This document shows, piece after piece, positions 37,915 to 47,600 of a stretch of 61,642 nucleotides of DNA (positions are counted from its first letter, which is position 1; each line of letters starts with the position of its first letter). A program made the translations under genes and the position numbers. Below the pieces are notes generated by a model, which saw nothing but the letters and a program-made list of their open reading frames with translations, was not told where the DNA came from and ran no database searches. This stretch comes from Methanobacteriota archaeon. Lineage in GTDB: Archaea > Thermoplasmatota > Poseidoniia > Poseidoniales > Poseidoniaceae. The stretch spans positions 1-61,642 of the forward strand of contig JABIHC010000176.1 in the NCBI GenBank assembly GCA_018649825.1, in the 5' to 3' direction.

Positions 37915-38508
37915 TTAGTCCTCCCCGATGATAATTGGTGCGTCATGTTCACGCTGATTGCTTGGCACTCCACCAATTCGAATAATCTTCTCACGTAGTT
38001 TCGCAAACCCGTCAATTAGTGCCTCGGGACGTGGCGGGCAACCGGGAATGTAAATATCAACAGGAATTAAAGTATCTACGCCCTCAAGAATATTATAAGA
38101 TTGGAAATATGGGCCGCCAGAAATTGCACATTCACCCATAGCAATACACCACTTAGGCTCAGGCATTTGCTCCCAAAGACGAACGATTGGGTCGGCAAAT
38201 TTCTTAGAGATTGGACCATTGACAAGAAGAACATCACATTGCCGTGGACTACTACGGAAAATTGCACTAAAGCGCTCTGCGTCAAAGCGAGGGCCGCCGG
38301 CAGCAGCCATTTCAAGAGCACAACATTTGATTCCTAAATGGAGGGGGAACATTGATTTTCGTTGGGCCCAATTGAAGAAACGACCACCTAATACACCAAC
38401 CAAGTCCTTTATTTTGGTTGCTTTAAGGGCTTCATCGGTAACATCACCAACCATCTCTACAAGGGTGCGTGAATTGAATGTGGTAAAATTTTCTCCTTCG
38501 TCTGTCAT
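37915..38508 (-). CDS. nuoB: Complex I-like subunit B (N2 cluster subunit)
   Basis: GIKCCALEM, MGECAISGGPY and YIPGCPPRPEAL provide the cluster-binding cysteines. Confidence 0.92.
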   Translation of the reverse strand: MTDEGENFTTFNSRTLVEMVGDVTDEALKATKIKDLVGVLGGRFFNWAQRKSMFPLHLGIKCCALEMAAAGGPRFDAERFSAIFRSSPRQCDVLLVNGPISKKFADPIVRLWEQMPEPKWCIAMGECAISGGPYFQSYNILEGVDTLIPVDIYIPGCPPRPEALIDGFAKLREKIIRIGGVPSNQREHDAPIIIGED

Positions 38509-38512
38509 AAAA

Positions 38513-38519
38513 TCACCTC
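38513..38519 (-). promoter_or_regulatory. Shine-Dalgarno GAGGTGA for nuoB
   Basis: The plus-strand text TCACCTC lies 4 nt upstream of ATG 38508 and overlaps the nuoA stop. Confidence 0.6.
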
Positions 38520-38970
38520 AGATGTAAATGCGACCACGCTTGCGGAATACGTGCCAAACCCCGAGAATCATTAAGCCGAGGAATGCGGCAAGGAAAGTAA
38601 TTGCACGAGTTGCATTTGTCCCGTCAGAAACCGTATTATCGGCTTCAACAACGACTATGCCGCCGAGAGTCATGAACATGAATGCGACGTCAAAAACAAG
38701 GAAAATAATCGCATACCAATAATATTGGAAATGAAATTGAATCATTGCATCGCCAACAGGTTCAGAACCGCACTCGTACGTAGAAAGACGACGTTGGTAT
38801 TGGCTATGGTCAACCACATATCCGGGGAAGAAATAGGAGCGGGTGACGTTTGGATTGGAAGGGTCTGCAACCGGCCTAACGAAGCGTGATGCAACGAAAG
38901 CACCGAGTGGCATCATTATTCCTATGATAGTCATTAGGCCTACCGCAAGATAGGTGTCAGTTACCGCCAT
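38518..38970 (-). CDS. nuoA: Complex I-like subunit A
   Basis: YECGSEPVGDAMIQFHFQYYWYAIIFLVFDVAFMF is the NuoA signature. It is the first gene of the cluster. Confidence 0.85.
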   Translation of the reverse strand: MAVTDTYLAVGLMTIIGIMMPLGAFVASRFVRPVADPSNPNVTRSYFFPGYVVDHSQYQRRLSTYECGSEPVGDAMIQFHFQYYWYAIIFLVFDVAFMFMTLGGIVVVEADNTVSDGTNATRAITFLAAFLGLMILGVWHVFRKRGRIYI

Positions 38971-39046
38971 GATAATCCCTTACCGAGTGAGCGCAAAGGC
39001 TCTCTAAAACGGGCCAAAGGAAGACCCGCCATAAGCGTTTGTGGTG

Positions 39047-39082
39047 ACCACCTACGGTGGTATCGGAATGCTAAATGAAAAA
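39047..39082 (-). terminator. T5 run plus short hairpin (ACCACC-TAC-GGTGGT) directly after the NYN gene stop
   Basis: The minus strand reads TGA-TTTTT..., followed by a 6-bp stem at 39047..39061. The site lies between the NYN gene and the nuoA promoter region. Confidence 0.3.
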
Positions 39083-40636
39083 TCATTTGCCGCCAAATAA
39101 TGAACGGAAGAAAGTAACAACTTTGTTTAAGGGCTTTACTGCCTCCTTTCTTGTAGCGGATTGGCCTTTGGTTTGAGGGTTTTTTGTCGACCCTAAAGAT
39201 GCTTTTTCAGAGGCTTTTTGCTTACTTTTGCGCAAGATAATATGGCCATCTGCAATTAAGTCGCGGAGTGGGCATTCTTTACGTAAATTTAGAAACCAAA
39301 CCAAACGTTCTGGTTTGGTGAAAGCCGCGGTCAATTTTGAAGAAGTAATTTTCTTGTACTCATTGCCAATAAGGGCCATATCTGCAGGGAATTTCATTTT
39401 GCATAGCATGTCCAATGCCGCATCGACAGATTTGGGTAATTCTGCACGTTGACAGGATAATTGGGCATTGCGTTTGTTTCCAAGGTGATCCTTGAAACGA
39501 AGCAAAGTCATTCTCTTTACAGAGGGTTTTGCTTTAGCCACACTACTAGATTTTGCAGAATGGGTTTGCTTTCTGGCTTTATGTGGCTTGCTGGGTTTCC
39601 CTCCCGTTTTTCCTTTTGACTCATCCTTTGACTTGGTTTGATTCAATCTAGAGGCCGGTTCGCTTTTTTGTACAGTGGTAATTCTATTACCCTTTTTCCC
39701 AAATTCAACTAATTCTCCCAATAATAACGTTAATTGCTGATAAAAGGCTATACTAATCGGTATTTGCGCCGCTTTCATTATTTCTTTTCTCGAAGCATAA
39801 TTGCTTCTCATGGTTTTATTTGCACCATCTACAACAATCTGGCCTAATTTTGTCAAATTGCAAGGACTACGATCTAGTTGTTGCATTATCACATGCCGAA
39901 TTGTATTACGAACCGCGATAATATCCTGGTTAATCCCTTCATCTAATTTACTGAAAATTTTTGCGACCTCCGGGGTTTTACCACGATTGTTGCTTTGGGC
40001 CGAGATTTTTTCCCCTCCTTGTGCAGAAGCTTTACCACCTTGTTTTCCTTTTTTGCCGCCCCCACCATCTGATTTACTGGCTTGCTTGCCCACCTTTTTG
40101 CCACCTTGGCGACTTTTTTGGCTTGCTTGAGTTGGAGGTTTGATTTGTCCGGTTTTTGCGGCCTGGGCGGGCGCATCAGAAATGTCAAAATCTGGGTTTG
40201 GCATGAACATATCTCCAACGAACATGTATGAAATTACCTTTTCATCACGCCAAGAATAGAATTCTTCTTTCCCACCATCATGTTCTTCAGCATGATTTTT
40301 CATCCGGTCATTTGTGATCACATAGGCTCCAGTTTGTAGCGCATAGGCTATCCAATAATGGTCATCGTGGTCTTGGCTTGGAGTTGCAACAACACAACCC
40401 TCATTGCATAAAGATTCGAGCAATTTATGGTCATCAACTCCACGCTTTCCGCCTGCACTTAGATAATGGCGCGGAACGAATGCTCTGACCTGCCAACCTA
40501 ATTGTTGAAAGTATCGAATTGTTATCTCAATACCCTTGGCCGATGCCGGCCAACTATTTCCTGAATGAGCCATTCCTAAGTTTGGTCCATCGATTACTAT
40601 TTCTTTTGCCTTCGGCGTATCTTTCTTGGTACTCAA
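39083..40636 (-). CDS. Zc3h12a/Regnase-type NYN (PIN-like) ribonuclease fused to a K/G/Q-rich linker and two LOTUS/OST-HTH-like modules
   Basis: The N-terminus (IVIDGPNLGMAHSG...VRAFVPRHY...DDHYWIAYALQTGAYVITNDRMKNH...VISYMFVGDMFMPNPDF) is collinear with the Regnase catalytic domain (VVIDGSNVAMSHG...TVFVP.WR...DDRFIV.LA...G.IVSND.YRDL...LL.YSFV.DKFMPPDDP), as recalled from memory. The C-terminal assignments are tentative. Confidence 0.65.
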   Translation of the reverse strand: MSTKKDTPKAKEIVIDGPNLGMAHSGNSWPASAKGIEITIRYFQQLGWQVRAFVPRHYLSAGGKRGVDDHKLLESLCNEGCVVATPSQDHDDHYWIAYALQTGAYVITNDRMKNHAEEHDGGKEEFYSWRDEKVISYMFVGDMFMPNPDFDISDAPAQAAKTGQIKPPTQASQKSRQGGKKVGKQASKSDGGGGKKGKQGGKASAQGGEKISAQSNNRGKTPEVAKIFSKLDEGINQDIIAVRNTIRHVIMQQLDRSPCNLTKLGQIVVDGANKTMRSNYASRKEIMKAAQIPISIAFYQQLTLLLGELVEFGKKGNRITTVQKSEPASRLNQTKSKDESKGKTGGKPSKPHKARKQTHSAKSSSVAKAKPSVKRMTLLRFKDHLGNKRNAQLSCQRAELPKSVDAALDMLCKMKFPADMALIGNEYKKITSSKLTAAFTKPERLVWFLNLRKECPLRDLIADGHIILRKSKQKASEKASLGSTKNPQTKGQSATRKEAVKPLNKVVTFFRSLFGGK

Positions 40637-40821
40637 TTATATCCCCCCAGTGGGGTAATGGCTCGCAGCATCACGTTCAAGACAACGAGAACCCAGTCAA
40701 AATGAGCCAGAATCTCGGCCTTAACATGGTCTTGGCCAATATGACGCTTGGGCTGAGGTGCTTTCAACCTTCCTTCTTGTTAAAAGTATCAACACTAGAT
40801 GCAAAAAGGAGAAGATGAGAA

Positions 40822-43800
40822 TTATTTACGGAAGTTATTATTCAATAGAATAAGCATAGCGACCCACATTGCACGATTGTCAAGTTCATCGGTGAAAGTC
40901 TCGGCTTTGAGGCTCATTTCAAGGTCACCGATGGGCCTAGCAATACTTAGAGTTCCATATACATCTTCACCTTCAACGGCCGTAAATGCCCACTCAGTAG
41001 GAGATAACAGTTTTGAAAGTGGATCGAGTTTTGAAAGTGGGTGCATCGGGTAGTAATTACGAAGGAAGGCACGAACTTTTTGAGTCCTTGTAACTGAAAT
41101 CCATGGAGTTCCATCAATTTGCAAGATTTGCCATGATGCTCGGTTCCACGAGAATAATCGCTTGAAAAATGAGGTTCTAATTTCTTTGATTACACAAAAT
41201 GGTGAATTTGAAGCCGAATCCATAACATCAAAAATTCGCTTCTTGAAATTACGATTTATCAAGTGCAATTGTGGTTTAGCACGTGTGTCGTCTGCATATA
41301 CCATGATGTCTTGCTTACTTTTGCCAATGTTTCGTACTGCATAGCCAAGGCCGCCAGCCATACCAAAACTAACTGCATTATCTAAATTTGAGTCTCGAAC
41401 ACTGATGCAAGTTTCAGAACCAACCTTCTTCAAATTCATTGTCACATCACTTATCTTGAATCTCTTTACTCCGGTTTTGGTGACGAGAAGGGGAGTTAGT
41501 TCATTGGAATAATTAGGCTTGGCACTTTTCTTTGCTTGCCAACTACGGCGACGCGGTTCAACATATACATATGAAATAATCAATAATGCGAGAATTGCTA
41601 TGATTGAAAGCCCAGTGGTTGAACCAAGAATTGCCAACCCAAAGTCGTCAGGACTTGGCTCCCCTTGTACATGGAGTTCAGCATTCTTGCGCCCAACCAA
41701 CCCTATGTCAGTAGGTTCAGCAGAAAATGTGAAGTCAAAATCATCGGGGATTTCAGAACCGTGCGGTGATTTGACCACCGCACGAACAAGTACATATTCA
41801 CCTACTTGTAAATCACAAATAACTTCTAAACCATCATCTGGATTACAAATATGAGCCGGATCGTCTGTCTCAATTGTTACAATCCAACCGCGAAGGCTTT
41901 CACTTGTAAAAATACGTACTTCACTTGGTGTGTTTCCAAGATTACTCACATTTGCCTCGAATACCGCTTTGTTTGGATAGTAAACATCTTGAGTTTCTTC
42001 ACTAATTATTTCAAAGCCGATTTTACGAATACTTTGCACTTGGATATTGAAGGAAGTGGTAGAAGATAATGCTGAATTATGGCTGCTTGTGGCAATGACA
42101 TCAAAAGTACTTCCCTCTCCATTTGCGGCACCACCTGATATGGAGATATGTAAGTTGATGGCTATCGTGAATACCCGAGCCTCATGAGTATTGTTATCTC
42201 CATTTGCGTCAATCCAGTTTTTTGCGCCATTTTCAGCGCAGGATTCATCGCACCGAGATGAATAGTCCCACAAATGAGTTATAGAATTTGAGTCAATTTC
42301 AAAACGATGAGTCTCAAGGTTCCACACGCCATATGCCTTTGGCACACCGAAAGTTCCGCCTATGGAGTTCAAATCTTCCCACACATTGGTATTGGGATTT
42401 AGAATCTCAGCACTGCGGGTTCCCATGCCTTCAAGCCCTACAAGATTGATCAAGGCATTGTCACCTAAATCACCGGTATTATTAATCCATAGCGGTATCA
42501 CAAACTCCCCGCCAGGGGCTACTGTAAGGGAAACAGGACATCCATTAGATATTAGGCAACTCCAATCAACAATCATGTAATCTTCAAGCCCATCCATACA
42601 TTCACGGTCATCACAATTGGCAAGAGTCACATCCATTGAATAATTGCGATTTGAAAGAATTGCTTTAAATTCCTTTTCTCTTTGATTGTCTGGAATTCCA
42701 TCTTCATCATCATCACCTGTGTATGAATCATCCTTGTTGATGATTCGCACAATTAATTTAGACATATCCAGTTCCTCCTCCCCTTCAATATTGACTACAA
42801 GGGTTACTGTTGCTTCAGAGAATGCCGCAACATCTACTTCAATCACTGGAGTCTCGCCAAACAAGAAATGGGTATTCCACTCTGGCTGAGCCGTCTGACT
42901 GGCAACAATGAAACGGAATGTATCTTCGACATTTCCATCATTTATCAACAAAATTGGAAAATGTACATCTTGGCTGCTACGGCCAGTTTGGTCACCAACG
43001 TCTAAATTACCAACATCCCAATTATGGACTGGTTTGACAGTAATTGTCAAATTCATCGTATCATATGGCTGGCCACCAGAGGTGGCGCCTACTGAAATGG
43101 AAAGGATGATTGCATCGTCTGCTAATGCATAAAATGGTGCAGTAACAACTAATTCAATACTTTCTGTACGATCAGTACCATGCCTACTTCCAACAGATAC
43201 TGTAGAAGAAGACAAACTAACGCCCCACCCAGTTGGTGGAGCACTTGTGGAGATTTTGAGTGAGTCCGGTCCATTACCTTGGTTTGAAGCAGTTACTGTA
43301 ACTGAACCATTTCCTCCTGGTTCAACATTGGATATTGTAGTGCTAGAGAGGGAAACAGTTGCGCCGTGACTTTGACCGACAAGTATGCGCAATTGAACTT
43401 CGCAAAGAAGAGGCCCGGAAGAGCCGTCATGGCCCTCAATATTCACAATATGTTCAGAACCAGCCTGAACAGAATCATCTGGGCTTACTGTTATCTCAAA
43501 GGTCAACGGATTGGTACCCGTTCCTCCGTGACCGAGGTTGTGCAAACCCATATTTTCTATTTCTACCCAGTTAGAACGCGCACCGGTTTTTGCAGTTTTT
43601 ATACTATAGTCCGTATTGCCAGTATTTGAAAAAGTAACCGTTGTTGTCTCTGAATCATCTGGATTCACCGACATTGTCGCTGCACTAATCGCCACATCAC
43701 AAGAATGTATTTCAGGGATTGTTAAATCCAATAATTGGTCATCAGATGCGTTCTGAGTTGGGTCATTTTGAACTTGCGCGTGGAGTTCCCAGCAATACTT

Positions 43801-44619
43801 ACTGGCCTGAGAATCAGAAGGAACATCAATTCTAACTTCAACCCATTCACTTGTTTCATTATCCAAATTCAATGTAGAAGGCTCAACCTCCACAGTAAGG
43901 TCCGAAATATCACACCCTGGTCCGCCTTCATCTTCTATGGTAAGAGTAATTGTCTCATTAACTCGACCGGTGTTTTCTACCTCGACATCAAAAACATATA
44001 GTGCTTCACCACCCCATTCTTGACTAGGTTCATCAATTTTTAAATCAACTCCGTAAAGAGGGCTAGATTCGCCATCATCGCTAATTGTTGTCACAGTTGA
44101 CTCTTGTTGGTCTGGAGCACCTGGCTGGTCTGGTGGAGTTACTTGCTCATTTGCAGTTGCCCTAACAGTAGTATCACATTGGTCTGATGCACCTTGGGCT
44201 AGAGTGACATTCATCGTGGCCTCCCCAGTTGCACCAGGGGCGATTACGCCAGTAATTTGGGTGACTGTACTCGAATATGCGCCACATTCTTGAGTTTCTG
44301 CTTCATTTGATTGCAATTGTACAGTAATATCATTTGAGCCAAGATTACGAACTACAATAGAATATTCTCCGGATTCACCTGGATTAACAGATTGGCTACT
44401 CGGAGAAACCGTTAGAGTAATACTTGCATCTCGGGCTTCACCAGCGCTTGCAATTGGTGCTGAAAATGCTGGAATTATTGCTAATACCATAATAGCGAAA
44501 ATCAAGTAGGAACGACGCTTCTGACGAAGCAATTTTCGGCTATCCCCATAGTGTTCCATAGAACCCCGACGCGGCGACCTATCAAAAACGGTCCGGCTAT
44601 TGGTATCAGATTGCATCAT
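40822..44619 (-). CDS. Giant surface protein: signal anchor, repeated CARDB/DUF11-like beta-sandwich ectodomain, one TM, about 270-aa cytoplasmic tubby/LOR/scramblase-like domain
   Basis: N-terminal helix YLIFAIMVLAIIPAFSAPIASA. Repeats of the type SVNPGESGEYSIVVRNLGSNDITV are present. The TM helix is LSIIAILALLIISYVYV. The tail ends ..GDLEMSLKAETFTDELDNRAMWVAMLILLNNNF, resembling LOR/scramblase C-termini. The start lies 3 nt after the subtilase stop, with AGGTGA upstream. Confidence 0.7.
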   Translation of the reverse strand: MMQSDTNSRTVFDRSPRRGSMEHYGDSRKLLRQKRRSYLIFAIMVLAIIPAFSAPIASAGEARDASITLTVSPSSQSVNPGESGEYSIVVRNLGSNDITVQLQSNEAETQECGAYSSTVTQITGVIAPGATGEATMNVTLAQGASDQCDTTVRATANEQVTPPDQPGAPDQQESTVTTISDDGESSPLYGVDLKIDEPSQEWGGEALYVFDVEVENTGRVNETITLTIEDEGGPGCDISDLTVEVEPSTLNLDNETSEWVEVRIDVPSDSQASKYCWELHAQVQNDPTQNASDDQLLDLTIPEIHSCDVAISAATMSVNPDDSETTTVTFSNTGNTDYSIKTAKTGARSNWVEIENMGLHNLGHGGTGTNPLTFEITVSPDDSVQAGSEHIVNIEGHDGSSGPLLCEVQLRILVGQSHGATVSLSSTTISNVEPGGNGSVTVTASNQGNGPDSLKISTSAPPTGWGVSLSSSTVSVGSRHGTDRTESIELVVTAPFYALADDAIILSISVGATSGGQPYDTMNLTITVKPVHNWDVGNLDVGDQTGRSSQDVHFPILLINDGNVEDTFRFIVASQTAQPEWNTHFLFGETPVIEVDVAAFSEATVTLVVNIEGEEELDMSKLIVRIINKDDSYTGDDDEDGIPDNQREKEFKAILSNRNYSMDVTLANCDDRECMDGLEDYMIVDWSCLISNGCPVSLTVAPGGEFVIPLWINNTGDLGDNALINLVGLEGMGTRSAEILNPNTNVWEDLNSIGGTFGVPKAYGVWNLETHRFEIDSNSITHLWDYSSRCDESCAENGAKNWIDANGDNNTHEARVFTIAINLHISISGGAANGEGSTFDVIATSSHNSALSSTTSFNIQVQSIRKIGFEIISEETQDVYYPNKAVFEANVSNLGNTPSEVRIFTSESLRGWIVTIETDDPAHICNPDDGLEVICDLQVGEYVLVRAVVKSPHGSEIPDDFDFTFSAEPTDIGLVGRKNAELHVQGEPSPDDFGLAILGSTTGLSIIAILALLIISYVYVEPRRRSWQAKKSAKPNYSNELTPLLVTKTGVKRFKISDVTMNLKKVGSETCISVRDSNLDNAVSFGMAGGLGYAVRNIGKSKQDIMVYADDTRAKPQLHLINRNFKKRIFDVMDSASNSPFCVIKEIRTSFFKRLFSWNRASWQILQIDGTPWISVTRTQKVRAFLRNYYPMHPLSKLDPLSKLLSPTEWAFTAVEGEDVYGTLSIARPIGDLEMSLKAETFTDELDNRAMWVAMLILLNNNFRK

Positions 44620-44622
44620 AAC

Positions 44623-47600
44623 TCACCTAATAACAAAGGCTGAGATTTCGCCCTCACAATTTCTACATGTTTGAAGTTTTTCAACCCCACAAGAATCAGC
44701 GGCCAAATGATAGCGTGCGCCGCAGTTTGGACAACCTTGCCAACCTTCTTCGGCCAATCCTTTCAAGCAAACCCAACACTTGTGATTTGGGTTATTCATC
44801 TCACTTTCTTCAGGCTTTACCGGCTCTGTCGCTGCAGCAGAAATTGTTGCAGAAAAATTACCCGAGGATGGGGCTGTTGAAGGGGTATTTTGAGAGGGTG
44901 ATGAAGTAACATCTTGAGGTGTTGCAATCGGTGAGGCCTGAGGTTGTGATTCTACCGGAGGTAATACCTTGTGCTGGTCCATCATATTACTGGAGGAATT
45001 GGTGGTTTGAAGTTGTGCGGAAATCGGTTGTACAGGAGCCGTAGGGGCAATTGGAGTGAACCCAGTTGCGGCCATGTTTGGCGGCATTACACCGAGATGG
45101 GGTGAATGTTGGCCATTTTCATTTGACTTCTTTTTCAGCATTATTGTAGCAAAAACAACTGTTCCGAGTAAAATAAGTATGAAAGATGACCATATTGCCG
45201 TGTATAGAATATTTGATTTTCCTTCAACTATTTCTTCTCCCTCGGCAATAAGAGTGAAATTATACGTAGAACCGCTGACCTCATCAGCATCTGAAAGGTA
45301 GATGTTAAAGTTGCTTTCGCCTGCTTTTGATGTTTGTACAAAGAGTCTAACCGAAGTAGATTGGCCTGCTTCCAAATTTACATTCGGTTCACCATCAATA
45401 CGAACTTCCCAATCACTTGGTACATCGATATTGATTACTTTGCTAACTTGGGAATTACCACTATTTAGAAGGCGTAATTTTACTAAATGTTCTGTGCCAG
45501 TTTCCACATTGGGCAATAATTCAGTAGTCCAATCAACTGCTAATTCCTCAGCAACAAGTAAGGAAATTGAATCGGAACGAGATATTTCTCCACCAACCAT
45601 TCGTAACTCAATTTGAGGCTGTGTGCCGGGTTCTTCTGTATTTGGAATGTACAAGAAACAGGAAACAAAATCTTCTTGACCTGAAGCCAATTCATCCATT
45701 TGCACACAATCTCCCGAAAAACCATTGGGGATTACCAATGAAGAATACGGGTCCCAAGTTCCATCTCCATTATTCATCACCTGCCATTGTAAGGTTATTT
45801 GTTGACCAACTGGGTGGGCTCCACCGCTTAACACGTTGCTATAACTACTGCCGTCAGGATATGTAATTGAATAGAAAGAGAGACTGGGATTGGCTATCCT
45901 AATTACGCTGAGATTACCCTCCCAAGAATCTCTCCCTGAGTTAGAAGTTAGGTGTAATTTCATTATTCCACTACCAGCATTCCCATTTCCTTCAATAGTT
46001 ATCAACCAGTTTACGCTATCCCCCCAAGTAATATTTATGGCATTCATTGATGATTCCAAATCCCACCCCCCTGGGAGTACTGCCGAAGGTTGAACCGACA
46101 CATCTGAATTGCCGTTATTGCTTACTGAAAATTGCATATTGACTCTGCTATCTGGGCGAAGAAGTCCTAAAGTTGATTCAAGGCTGATAATTAATTCCTC
46201 GTGTATTTCCACCTCAACTGGGATATCTTCAATCCAAGTTACTGAAGGATCGGTCTGACTAACTATGCGCAACGAAAGACTCAATTGAGTTCCTGCCTCA
46301 ATCATAACTTGAGGTGGAGTTAAGGTGATTCCAATTGCCCGTAAACTTCCGATTGACAAGGCTCCGGTTGAACCAGAGGAGGCTCCGGGTTGAGAACCAA
46401 GGTCAATTAATCCTGAATTCCAACCCGAAGGGGAATCAAGGAATACATTGTATCCAATCGCATCATTTCCTTGATTGGTTAAATCGATGTAAAAGTCAGT
46501 TGGTTCGACCGGGCTGACAAGTACTTTCGAGGGGATATTTAAATTAATATCTGCAATAGAGGGCACCACTAATTCCAAACTGAATGGATAAGAAAGGCCA
46601 TTATCAACATCAATTCCTGTTAACGGAATAACAAAAGTGCCGGGGCTAGGAGTTGTTGGGTGAACCATATTTACTTGGATTTGTGCAGATTCAGAACCAT
46701 TAAGGCTGAAATTATAACCCGATGCACTAACATACCAACTAGGATATTCTTGTCCATCACGGATTTCATAAACGGAGCCAATATTTAGGCTAGCATTTGT
46801 CATCAATAATGCGGTATTTGTCAATGAAATTGTCCAAGATGTTGTTGCTTGGTCAGGGTCTGTTAGGATAATTGTGGGTTGTGCTGATTCAATTTTCACC
46901 CCTGGCGTAGTCACTTGAATAATAGTTTGAATAAGATTATTATTTTCCCTAATTTCCTCAACATTGTCTAATGGGTCAACTTCTATTCCAACCGATAGAT
47001 TACCATCGACTTGAGGCACCCAATTCCAATACAAGTTTGTCACTGAACCAGGGCCAAGAGAAATTGTATTGGTATCTTCAACAAATCCTTCAACGACGAA
47101 ATCCACACGTAAATTCTCAACGAGTGCATTGCCAAAATTCTGCACTTGAGAAGCGACAACAACAGTATCTCCAACTTGCGGGATTGCAATATCGGTAACT
47201 ATGCTACCTTCAATTGGAGCAGGGTCCGGACGTAAGTCATTTACACCATTACCTACTACTGCTAGAGCAAAAGGTTGGGTCTTTGAACCAGCATGACTGG
47301 CATCCTTGACTCTAACTGTCCAAGTTCCAATATTCGCTTGGTCAACTAATACGACTTCGAGATTGTTTACGCTATCTCTAGTTCCTGCAGTTACACTTTT
47401 CCCATTTGCAAAAGCATTACCCATGTAGATTGTTCCATCGGGCATTTCAACTTCGAGATCTAAATCGTTGACAAGTTGAGATGAAGAAAACCTTGAGCCA
47501 CGTTCATCTGACCATGCCAAAACGGCTTTAAAAGCGAGATTTGATTGTTCAACTTCAAAGGTGTAAGTTTTTACTGAACCAGAGGATGAAAGAACTGCGC

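Noticed and set aside
40637-40821. Possible small gene or ncRNA in the 185-nt gap between the 1,265-aa gene and the NYN gene
   Set aside because: Only short ORFs without motifs are present and no convincing stem-loops. The gap most simply holds a terminator plus the NYN gene promoter.
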